Source: Candidatus Indicimonas acetifermentans (GTDB lineage: Bacteria; Gemmatimonadota; Gemmatimonadetes; Palauibacterales; KS3-K002). Taken from it: DNA of 42,300 bases. The stretch is from the NCBI GenBank assembly GCA_947581815.1, contig CANPVX010000004.1, forward strand, positions 1-42,300. The letters run 5' to 3'. Positions within the stretch are counted from its first letter, which is position 1, and every line of letters starts with the position of its first letter. The translations under genes and the position numbers were made by a program. The notes beneath the pieces are model-generated. The model saw nothing but the letters and a program-made list of their open reading frames with translations, made no database searches and was not told where the DNA came from. Of this stretch, positions 1 to 7,356 are shown piece by piece.

Positions 1-1087
1 CCGTGCGGAGCGGGAGCGCGTACTTCTGCGCGAACTCGAAGTCGCGTTCGTCGTGAGCCGGGACAGCCATGATCGCCCCATGTCCGTACTCCATCAGCAC
101 ATAATCGGCGATCCAGACGGGGATCTGCTCGTCGTTGGCGGGGTTGATCGCCTTCGCGCCCGTATCGATCCCAGTCTTCTCACGCTCCGGGCCAGTCTTC
201 TTGCGCTCGACCAGATCGGTCGCGAGGGCGGACTGTACATAGGCATCGACCGCGGTCTTGTGCTCGGCGGTCGTGATCTCGGCGACGAGTGGGTGCTCCG
301 GAGCCAGGACCATGAAAGTGGCGCCGAAGAGCGTGTCGGGGCGGGTGGTGAACACCTGCAGCTTTTGCGGGTGACCGACGACCGGGAACTCGATGTCGGC
401 GCCCTCGGAACGGCCGATCCAGTTCCGCTGCAGTCGCTTCGTCGAATCGGACCAGTCGATCCACTCCAGGTTGTCGAGCAGCCGCTGGACGTAGTCGGTG
501 ATCTTGAAGAACCACTGCTTGAGGTAGCGCTGGGTGACTTGGGTCCCGCAGCGCTCGCAACGCCCGTCAATGACCTGCTCGTTGGCCAGCACCGTCTTGC
601 AGGAGGGGCACCAGTTGACGGGCGCCTCGCGCCGCTCCGCCAGCTTTGCCTTGAAGAGCTGGAGGAAGATCCACTGGGTCCACTTGTAGTACTCGGGCTT
701 GGTGACGTCGACGACGCGATCCCAGTCGTACATGAACCCCATGCGCTTCAGCTGGCGCGTGAAGTTCGCGATGTTTTGGGGGATCAGCTTCGTGGGGTGG
801 ATGCCGCGCTTCAGGGCGAAGTTCTCCGAGTGGATCCCGAAGGCATCGAACCCGATCGGCTCGAACACGTCGGGGCCTTGGAGCCTAATGAAGCGGCCGA
901 AGATGTCCGCGCCGGTGAAAGCGTAGACGTTGCCGATGTGGAGGCCCTCCGCGGAGGGATAGGGGTACATCATCAAGTTGTAAAACGGACGCTCGGCCGC
1001 GTCCAAATCCACCCGATGAGCGCCGCTCTCCTCCCAGCGCCTTCGCCACTTCGACTCGACCTGGGCCGGGTCGTACCGCTCAGCCAT
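1..1087 (-). CDS. leuS: Leucine--tRNA ligase, N-terminal part (runs off window start)
   Basis: Hand translation from ATG at 1087 gives MAERYDPAQVESKWRRRWEE...FYNLMMYPYPSAEGLHIGN (HIGH-type motif), GFDAFGIHSEN, WIGRSEG, VFTTRPDTLFG and YGHGAIMAVPAHDERDFEFA (CP1 editing domain). Absent from the ORF track because there is no stop codon in the window. Confidence 0.96.
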   Translation of the reverse strand, partial: MAERYDPAQVESKWRRRWEESGAHRVDLDAAERPFYNLMMYPYPSAEGLHIGNVYAFTGADIFGRFIRLQGPDVFEPIGFDAFGIHSENFALKRGIHPTKLIPQNIANFTRQLKRMGFMYDWDRVVDVTKPEYYKWTQWIFLQLFKAKLAERREAPVNWCPSCKTVLANEQVIDGRCERCGTQVTQRYLKQWFFKITDYVQRLLDNLEWIDWSDSTKRLQRNWIGRSEGADIEFPVVGHPQKLQVFTTRPDTLFGATFMVLAPEHPLVAEITTAEHKTAVDAYVQSALATDLVERKKTGPEREKTGIDTGAKAINPANDEQIPVWIADYVLMEYGHGAIMAVPAHDERDFEFAQKYALPLRT

Positions 1088-1124
1088 AGGACTCCGTGGG
1101 CATCCCGTCGCGCTACCCGTCGCG

Positions 1125-1148
1125 AAAAAGGCGGGCCTTGCACCCGCC
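1125..1148 (-). terminator. Intrinsic terminator downstream of the ATP-grasp gene
   Basis: Minus-strand RNA GGCGGG-UGCAAGG-CCCGCC-UUUUU, 7 nt after the ATP-grasp stop codon. Confidence 0.6.
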
Positions 1149-1155
1149 CTGCGAG

Positions 1156-2220
1156 TTAAGCGGGTAAGATGGACGGTCGGTCTGGTGATTTCAATGCCCG
1201 GGCCGGGCGCCCGCGCTCATCGGACGCGGCGGCGGCCTCCCGTTCCAGATAGTCGACCAGCGGCTCGAAGGGGTCGAAGCCGATGACGCGGGGCGCGTCG
1301 GCGACGAAGTTCGAAGTGGCATTGATATCGTAGTAGTACAGCTGCCCATCGCGGGCGTCGACGAGGTACTCGACTCCGCCCACCTCGATCTGAGCCGCGG
1401 CCAGAATCCCTTCCACCGCCTCGACGACGTGCTGTGGCGGCGAGTAGCTCGCGGCGGGGAACGCGGGCAGGGCGGGCAGGGCGGGGAGGGCGGGGAGGGC
1501 GCCGCCGGCAGCCGCCCCGCTGCTCTCGCCCGGGCCAGCCTGCTCGGCCGGTGGGCACAGGTCGGCGGGGCACAGGTTGAAGGTTTCGCCATCGGTCTCG
1601 ACGCTGATGGCGTAAAGGTACTTCCCGCCCACGACTTCCACGCGCACGATCTTGTCATCCGCCGCCGGGATGAACTCCTGCACCAGAGCCGTGCGATCGA
1701 TCCCGAGGTCCAGCTCGCGGCCGCGGACGGTCCGGCGCAACGCGTCGCGCGAATCGAAGCGGCGGATCCCGGCGCCGCTGCCACCGACGTTCGGCTTCAC
1801 AACGACTGGGAAGCGTAGCCCCTCGGCGGCGGCCAGCGCCTCGTCGGGATGGCTGATCACCCGGGCCCGGGGGTAGGGCAGTCCCAGCCTGTCGAGGAGC
1901 GACAGCTGGAAAGCCTTCGATGTTTCGGCGACGAATGCGTCATAGCCGTTGACGACCCGAATGCCCAGTTGCTTCAGGTGAGCGAGGTACTGGAGGGCGT
2001 GAAAGATCGCATGGGCGCGCCCGCGTAGATGAGCGGATGGGCTCATGCGGTTGAAAATGAGCGAGTAACCGGGTGCGCCATCGGCGACGTCGTAGATGTG
2101 CTCGTCGGCGTGCACGCGCTCGTAGGGTACGTGGCGCCGGTCGAGCGCCGCGAACAACGGGACGAACCAGTTAGGGTGCTCGTAGTAGATGGCGATCGAG
2201 CGCTTCGAATTCCGGATCAT
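1156..2220 (-). CDS. ATP-grasp ligase, RimK/glutathione synthetase-like, function unknown
   Basis: ATP-grasp motifs FNRMS, VVVKPNVGGSGAGI, LVQEFIP and GVEYL...YYYDINATSNF. ATG at 2220 (MIRNSKR) preferred over TTG at 2253, which lies in the upstream terminator U-tract. Confidence 0.85.
   Translation of the reverse strand: MIRNSKRSIAIYYEHPNWFVPLFAALDRRHVPYERVHADEHIYDVADGAPGYSLIFNRMSPSAHLRGRAHAIFHALQYLAHLKQLGIRVVNGYDAFVAETSKAFQLSLLDRLGLPYPRARVISHPDEALAAAEGLRFPVVVKPNVGGSGAGIRRFDSRDALRRTVRGRELDLGIDRTALVQEFIPAADDKIVRVEVVGGKYLYAISVETDGETFNLCPADLCPPAEQAGPGESSGAAAGGALPALPALPALPAFPAASYSPPQHVVEAVEGILAAAQIEVGGVEYLVDARDGQLYYYDINATSNFVADAPRVIGFDPFEPLVDYLEREAAAASDERGRPARALKSPDRPSILPA
1454..1501. repeat. 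In-frame 9-bp tandem repeat, GCGGG(C/G)A(G/A)(G/C) x5
   Basis: gcggggaac gcgggcagg gcgggcagg gcggggagg gcggggagg; encodes ALPALPALPALPAFPA on the minus strand. Confidence 0.9.
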
Positions 2221-2251
2221 ATGAAATCGGCCTTGGTTCCGTAGTAGATGC

Positions 2252-2286
2252 AAAACGGCCGCGACTTCGTTGAGGGAGTCGCGGCC
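2252..2286 (-). terminator. Attenuator-type intrinsic terminator upstream of the ATP-grasp gene
   Basis: RNA GGCCGCGACU-(10 nt loop)-AGUCGCGGCC-GUUUU, a perfect 10-bp stem ending about 30 nt before the ATG at 2220. Confidence 0.7.
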
Positions 2287-2308
2287 AGTTTGGCGCGCTG
2301 GCGGTCGG

Positions 2309-2413
2309 CTAGGCGCCCGTCCGCGATCCCCCCGACCCCCTCCCGCTCGGGAGGTGGCGACAGGTACAGCAGCGACAGCCGCCGGAAATGGTGCTTTGGT
2401 TGAAGATGGTCAT
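2309..2413 (-). CDS. Putative Cys-rich leader peptide or small peptide (34 aa) MTIFNQSTISGGCRCCTCRHLPSGRGSGGSRTGA
   Basis: ATG at 2413 to TAG at 2309. Four Cys codons among codons 13-18. Codons 28-31 are complementary to the 5' arm of the downstream terminator. Below the ORF-track size cutoff; ribosome-binding site is weak. Confidence 0.6.
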   Translation of the reverse strand: MTIFNQSTISGGCRCCTCRHLPSGRGSGGSRTGA

Positions 2414-2468
2414 CGTCTTATCGATCTCGAGGGTTATTCCTTCCACCTGCTAGAACGACCGGGACACC

Positions 2469-3584
2469 TCATCGAGTTCCCAAGCCCTCGTAGCCGGTCA
2501 GCTCACCGAGCGCGTACCAAGGGTCGTCCGCGGAATCGACCGCCGCGGTGAGGCGCTCGAGCGAAACGGACAGGCTGCCCGATTCTTCGTAGAGCGCCTC
2601 GAAAACGTACAGCCTGTGGTAGTAGAGGTGTCGGGCGATCAGCGAAGCGTTGTTCAGCTCCGTCGGATCGAATCGGGCGAAGCTGGCTGAACTCATCGCA
2701 GGGGCGTACTCGCTTCGGAAGTGGGCGGCAGCTTCCTCCATGAGTGCGCGGCGGCGCTCTAAGAGCTGTTCCTGATCCAACTGTTCTGAATAGAGGTTCT
2801 CCAGGCCGGACCAGAGCTCATCCAGGAACTCGCCGAGCACGCGAGCGTCGTGCCAGTTATCTCGGGCCGACTGGCAGAGGTCTTCATCGCGCACCCGGCC
2901 GCAGAAGAACTCGATCGCGCCGACAGAACCGACGAAGTTGGCGAGGCTCTCGTTGAACTTTACGTGATCGGACACCCAGAGGGTATTGTGTGTCACTTCG
3001 TGTATGACGGTCTCCACGAGGCCCACGCTGTCGCGGTCGAGCGCCGTGGAGAGGATCGGGTCGGGCAGCCATCCCAGCGTGCTGAAGGCGGAGGTTGGCC
3101 GCAGGTAGGTATCGTACCCTTTTTCCTCCAGCCTCAGACGCTCGGCCTCCGCCGCACCTCGATCGAAGAACCCTTTATAGGGAACGTGCCCGACGATAGG
3201 GAACCACCAGGTATAAGCGACCAGGCGGTCCATCGGGCTGGCCGACAGCACCAGGGCAAGCGTATCGCGGTCGATCTGAGAGTAGGATGTGTAGCTCTTG
3301 CCGACGTCGAGCTGCAGATCGCGACGGGCGAAGCTTCGCGCCTGCACGACCAGTTCGAGCTTGGACCGGGTCTCCGGATCCAGCGCTGGATCGTTGAGGA
3401 CGTCCTCGATCGGTTGGCTGCGCCACAGTATGCGCGCCTCTTCCCAGGCGGCGCGGGCCAAGAAGCCGCCGGAGCAGGAGAAGAATCCAGCGACTCCGAG
3501 CAAGGCGAGGAGCAACGCCACGGGCGCTTTCCTTGGCGGGCGACGGCCGCCTGATCTCGCGCTGTCAGCTTCGGGTTCTCTCAT
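2469..3584 (-). CDS. Predicted zinc aminopeptidase (DUF2265-like), membrane-anchored or exported
   Basis: N-terminal hydrophobic segment, WWFPIVGHVPYKGFF, AFSTLGWLPDP, and gluzincin motif HEVTH...FNESLA. Confidence 0.85.
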   Translation of the reverse strand: MREPEADSARSGGRRPPRKAPVALLLALLGVAGFFSCSGGFLARAAWEEARILWRSQPIEDVLNDPALDPETRSKLELVVQARSFARRDLQLDVGKSYTSYSQIDRDTLALVLSASPMDRLVAYTWWFPIVGHVPYKGFFDRGAAEAERLRLEEKGYDTYLRPTSAFSTLGWLPDPILSTALDRDSVGLVETVIHEVTHNTLWVSDHVKFNESLANFVGSVGAIEFFCGRVRDEDLCQSARDNWHDARVLGEFLDELWSGLENLYSEQLDQEQLLERRRALMEEAAAHFRSEYAPAMSSASFARFDPTELNNASLIARHLYYHRLYVFEALYEESGSLSVSLERLTAAVDSADDPWYALGELTGYEGLGTR

Positions 3585-3613
3585 CTTTCCTGCTGCGTAC
3601 GGGCTGTGGGTCT

Positions 3614-3619
3614 ATTATA
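3614..3619 (-). promoter_or_regulatory. -10 element TATAAT for the aminopeptidase gene
   Basis: Perfect TATAAT about 30 nt upstream of the ATG at 3584 in a GC-rich background; no clear -35. Confidence 0.45.
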
Positions 3620-3789
3620 CCGGGTAGCGAAGGCGCCGATCCAGCCCCCGCAGCCCCCGTTCCGCCCGGGCACCTTTCGCCACGCGGGTGTATTAATAGA
3701 CCAGTGAAGCCCATCCTCGCGTTCCGACGCGTACCCTCGTGCTCCCGCCTCCGATCGGTCGGAGCGCCCAAGATGTTGGAAGAAATCAG

Positions 3790-4119
3790 ATGGCAAAAGA
3801 GCGTGACCACGTAAATCCCGACAAGCTCCGAAGAAGTTTGCTGGATTTCGCCGACCTTATCCGCAAGCTTGACGAGGAGGGTGGCCTCGTCGATTCGGCG
3901 CCTCGACTGCTCAAGATCATGGGGGATCTACGCTCCGTGCTGTTCGAGTATGAGGTGCGCTCTACCGGCCGGCTCCTTCCCAAAAGCAAGGAACCGCCTG
4001 AGGTGCTAGAGGCGCAGCGAATCGTCGAAGATGCTGTCCGGCGGCTAGAGGAGGCAGAGCAGGATTGGGGGAGGGGGCAGAACGGGCAGCCCCCTCAGGA
4101 CGATAAAGAGGAGGGCTAG
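3790..4119 (+). CDS. Hypothetical helical protein (about 109 aa)
   Basis: ATG at 3790 (MAKERDHVNPDKLRRSLLDFADLIRKLDEE) after a GGAAG motif; amphipathic helical composition. Confidence 0.7.
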   Translation: MAKERDHVNPDKLRRSLLDFADLIRKLDEEGGLVDSAPRLLKIMGDLRSVLFEYEVRSTGRLLPKSKEPPEVLEAQRIVEDAVRRLEEAEQDWGRGQNGQPPQDDKEEG

Positions 4120-4145
4120 GCCCGGCCTGGCTCAGACAGCCGGGT
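4120..4145. terminator. Hairpin between convergent genes
   Basis: CCCGGC...GCCGGG stem immediately after the stop at 4119, followed by TTGTTG. Confidence 0.35.
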
Positions 4146-4210
4146 TGTTGAGAGGATCTTGCGGCCTCCGCGGCCTCCAGAGGTGCCCGGCGAGGCCGTC
4201 AGCGGGTTGA

Positions 4211-4606
4211 TTATACCTCTTCGCTCTCGTCGGCTAGATCGCCGTCCGCCTGGGCGGCCTCGGGATCATCCCGAAAGTCGCCATCGCGCTTGCGCAGTCG
4301 CCGGTAGACGAGGTAGGAGACGCCAGCGGCTCCGAGCATTCCCGCAGCAGACGCTACGAGCCGCGCCACACGTCGACGACGGCCGTCAGAAGTCTTGCCG
4401 GCCTTCTTTTTCTTCCGACGGGCAGACTTCGGCTTGGGCCACGCCCAAAGGTGGCGGTCGAGATCGGTCTTATACAGATCGCGCGCGTCGAGCCTGTCAC
4501 GACGCGTAGCACGGACGGACTTGCGTCGGTCTCGATCGCCGCGTCGTTCCGTTCGCTCCTTCGCCTTGGCGCCGTTACGGCTCCGTCTGCTGCGATTGGA
4601 TGCCAC
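4211..4606 (-). CDS. Hypothetical Arg/Lys-rich protein with a single transmembrane helix
   Basis: AGGAGGAG Shine-Dalgarno before GTG; highly basic N-terminus, TM segment LVASAAGMLGAAGVSYLVY, acidic tail. Confidence 0.65.
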   Translation of the reverse strand: MASNRSRRSRNGAKAKERTERRGDRDRRKSVRATRRDRLDARDLYKTDLDRHLWAWPKPKSARRKKKKAGKTSDGRRRRVARLVASAAGMLGAAGVSYLVYRRLRKRDGDFRDDPEAAQADGDLADESEEV

Positions 4607-4755
4607 CTCGCTCCTCCTGGAGAAACCGAGCTCGCCCCGCGATCACAACGTCTGTGATCGGTACGTAGTTTCCCTTATCAGGGCGGGACTGGCACCGGCT
4701 ACATCACTAATAACCCGGCGGGAGTGCGGCGTTCCGTTTCGCTTTTCTTGTGAAT

Positions 4756-5832
4756 TCAGGAGACTGTTACGTAATAGAGGTGCTCTGTGACGTGGTCGCA
4801 CTTGTATCGCCGGTTTTCGCTGTCGCGATCGCTTCGGTATCGCTTATAGGGTTTTTCGAGGCGACGGTAGGTACGTGACAAGCCGCGCTCGCGCAACACG
4901 CGTTCGATGCAATCTTCCGCGATGATTCCCTCAGAGTTGTAGCTCATCAGGATGTGGCGGCAGCGAGCGGCGTCGACCAGTTGCTCGAAGATCGTCTCGC
5001 AGTGGCGGCGACGCGACCAGTCGGACCGCTTGTTTCCGTCTTCCGGCAAGCCCGTCTTGCCCCGCAGCGTGGGCGTCTGCAGAAACCAGCCCTCCGCGAT
5101 GATCTCGGGGATGTGGTAATAACCCACGTACTGGCGGGTATTGTAGGGCGGGTCCAGGTACAGGAGATCGAAAGGCTCAAGCCCGCTGACCAGCTCCAGA
5201 GCGTCACAGCGAAAGGCCCGGCAGGCCCGCCCGGTGCCCGTGGCCAAGCGCGGCGGGCGGAGGTGGAGCGGGCGCGTGGCATTGGGCTGCCAGCTCTTGA
5301 CGTAAGCGGCGTAGACGCCGGTGGTGTTGGCGATGCGGTCGGCGGCTTCCAGGAGCGCTGCCAAAAGGATGAAGCGCTCATCGTCGTTGATCCTGCTGGC
5401 CGTCGTCCACTCGTGGATGCGACCGCGCAGCGCGTCGATGCGTGCCGCGTTTTCAGGAGTGAAGTAGCGGCGGTCGTGCTCCGCTCCAGCGGCTCCATCC
5501 GGGCTAAAGTGCTCGTAAATGAAGCCGGGCTCTCCCTCTCGGCTGTTGAGATGGTCGAGCACAGCGGCCAGCGGATCGCCATCGATCTCGACTACGCTCG
5601 CCAGACCTGCGAAGCGAGGCGGCTGGTCCACGACGACGTAGGCCCACTGGAGTGCGTGGCTGAATGCCATGATGTCGCCGGACGTGACGCTGAATCCGTG
5701 CGTCTTCAGGAACCGAGCGACGGATGCCGTGCCCGCAAAGGGGTCGCAGGCGGTGCTTCCCTTGATTCGGAGTTCCGCGAGGGCGTCGCGGATGAATGGG
5801 ATCAGCTTCTGTTTGTTTCCTATGTATCTCAC
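4756..5832 (-). CDS. DNA N6-adenine methyltransferase (D12 class, M.NlaIII/M.HpyI-like), orphan
   Basis: GTG start at 5832 gives MRYIGNKQKLIPFI; motif I DPFAGTASV, catalytic LYLDPPYN, and family segments RYFTPENAARID, LLEAADRIANTTGVY, GKTGLP, MSYNSEG. Confidence 0.9.
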   Translation of the reverse strand: MRYIGNKQKLIPFIRDALAELRIKGSTACDPFAGTASVARFLKTHGFSVTSGDIMAFSHALQWAYVVVDQPPRFAGLASVVEIDGDPLAAVLDHLNSREGEPGFIYEHFSPDGAAGAEHDRRYFTPENAARIDALRGRIHEWTTASRINDDERFILLAALLEAADRIANTTGVYAAYVKSWQPNATRPLHLRPPRLATGTGRACRAFRCDALELVSGLEPFDLLYLDPPYNTRQYVGYYHIPEIIAEGWFLQTPTLRGKTGLPEDGNKRSDWSRRRHCETIFEQLVDAARCRHILMSYNSEGIIAEDCIERVLRERGLSRTYRRLEKPYKRYRSDRDSENRRYKCDHVTEHLYYVTVS

Positions 5833-6042
5833 GTATCGGCCTGTGTGGGCTGTCTTGCCCGCGGCTATTGCGGCTCGGGGCGGCTGCGAGCCGAGGCAGC
5901 CTACAGCCCCTCCGCCGCCAGGTCCCGCGTCCCGCCGAGTGCAAACTAACATCAGGATCCGCCGTGCGGGGGGCGAGGGCGGGGCGGGGGGGCGGGGGCG
6001 GCCGCCGTTGCCGGCGAGGGTGCGCGCGGTCAAGTTCACAAG

Positions 6043-7356
6043 ATGCCAGTGAGCGAGGCGATCTACGAGCTCGGCATGCGCACCGGGCGAGCGCTGCTCC
6101 CGCGAACGCCGTTCCTCCCCGAGAAGTTGCGGCGGGGGATCGACGGCCGGCGCGGGCTGCTGGGGCGTATCGATGCTTGGGCGCACGGCGAGCGCGGGGA
6201 TGCTCCTCTCGTGTGGTTCCACGCGCCTTCGGTGGGAGAAGGATTGCAGACCGTTCCCGTCATCGAGGCGTTGAGGTCGCTCCGTCCAGACCTCACGGTG
6301 TTTTACACGTTCTTTTCGCCTTCAGCGCAGGGGCTCGCACGACAGCTTCCTGTAGACTACGCCGACTATATGCCTTTCGACGCTGCCGCAGACGTGTCAG
6401 CGGTGATCGACGTCGTGCGTCCCCAAGCGATCGTTTTCGGAAAGACCGACGTATGGCCGAATTGTGCCCGCCTCGCCGCCGAGCGGGGCGTACGACTGGC
6501 GCTAGTGAGCGCGACGCTGTCTCCGAGCTCGAGTCGGCGAGGGTGGTGGGCGCGCTCGTTCCTGTCGGGAGCTTATCGGAGGCTGGACGCGGTGGGGGCG
6601 ATCTCGGAGGACGACGCCGTTCGGCTGAGTGAGCTCGGCGTCCCCGCAAAGCGCATCCAGGTAACCGGCGATGCCCGGTTCGACCAAGTGAAGGCGCGGG
6701 CTGACGGGATCGATCGTTCGGCGCCGCCGCTCGCCGTGCTGGCGGTTCACGACGGTGCGACGCTGGTGGCCGGCTCCACGTGGCCCGAAGGCGAGGGGCA
6801 CCTCGTCCAGGCGCTCGCGCGGTTGGGTCAGGGTCATGCGCGCTTGCGTTCGATCATCGCCCCGCACGAGCCGACGCCTGTACGCTTGGCGGATCTCGAA
6901 GCGCGCTTGGCGGCGGAAGGGCTGAGCTCGGTGCGACTCTCGGAGTTGGAGCCGACCGCCGGGCACCCGGCGGTCGTCGTGATCGTGGATCGGGTCGGAG
7001 TGCTGGCGGAGATCTACGCGCTCGCGGACATCGCGTACGTCGGCGGCGGGTTCGGACCGAGGGGGTCGGGGGGGGGGGGGGGGCTCCATTCGGTCTTAGA
7101 GCCTGCGGCTTTGGGCGTGCCTGTGCTCTATGGGCCGCGGCACGCCAACGCCCGTGAGGCGGCGCAGCTGATCGAAAGAGGCGGGGCCCGGGAAGTGGCG
7201 GGCGCGGGAGATCTCGAACAGGCGTTGAGAGACTGGCTGGCGAATCGCGAAGCGAGGCAGGCGGCGGGAGCGGCGGCGGCGGCCTTCATAGAGGAGAATC
7301 TCGGCGCGGGTCGCCGCAACGCCGAGCTGGTGCTCGGATTGCTGGGAGTAGACTAG
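6043..7356 (+). CDS. waaA: 3-deoxy-D-manno-octulosonic acid (Kdo) transferase
   Basis: VWFHAPSVGEG, TFFSPS, YMPFD, DVWPN, VTGDARFD, VAGSTW, IAYVGGGFG, HSVLEPAALGVPVLYGP. Confidence 0.92.
   Translation: MPVSEAIYELGMRTGRALLPRTPFLPEKLRRGIDGRRGLLGRIDAWAHGERGDAPLVWFHAPSVGEGLQTVPVIEALRSLRPDLTVFYTFFSPSAQGLARQLPVDYADYMPFDAAADVSAVIDVVRPQAIVFGKTDVWPNCARLAAERGVRLALVSATLSPSSSRRGWWARSFLSGAYRRLDAVGAISEDDAVRLSELGVPAKRIQVTGDARFDQVKARADGIDRSAPPLAVLAVHDGATLVAGSTWPEGEGHLVQALARLGQGHARLRSIIAPHEPTPVRLADLEARLAAEGLSSVRLSELEPTAGHPAVVVIVDRVGVLAEIYALADIAYVGGGFGPRGSGGGGGLHSVLEPAALGVPVLYGPRHANAREAAQLIERGGAREVAGAGDLEQALRDWLANREARQAAGAAAAAFIEENLGAGRRNAELVLGLLGVD
7068..7083 (+). repeat. G16 homopolymer inside waaA
   Basis: 16 consecutive G, in frame (S-GGGGG-L). 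Confidence 0.9.

Noticed and set aside
53-1159. 368-aa plus-strand ORF in the ORF track
   Set aside because: Antisense shadow of leuS, which is unambiguous on the minus strand.
2309-2413. Classical graspetide (microviridin-type) precursor
   Set aside because: No Asp/Glu acceptor residues and no graspetide leader motif; retained only as an attenuator leader or atypical substrate.
5833-6222. 130-aa N-terminal extension of the methyltransferase ORF
   Set aside because: Low complexity and overlaps waaA on the other strand; family similarity starts at GTG 5832.
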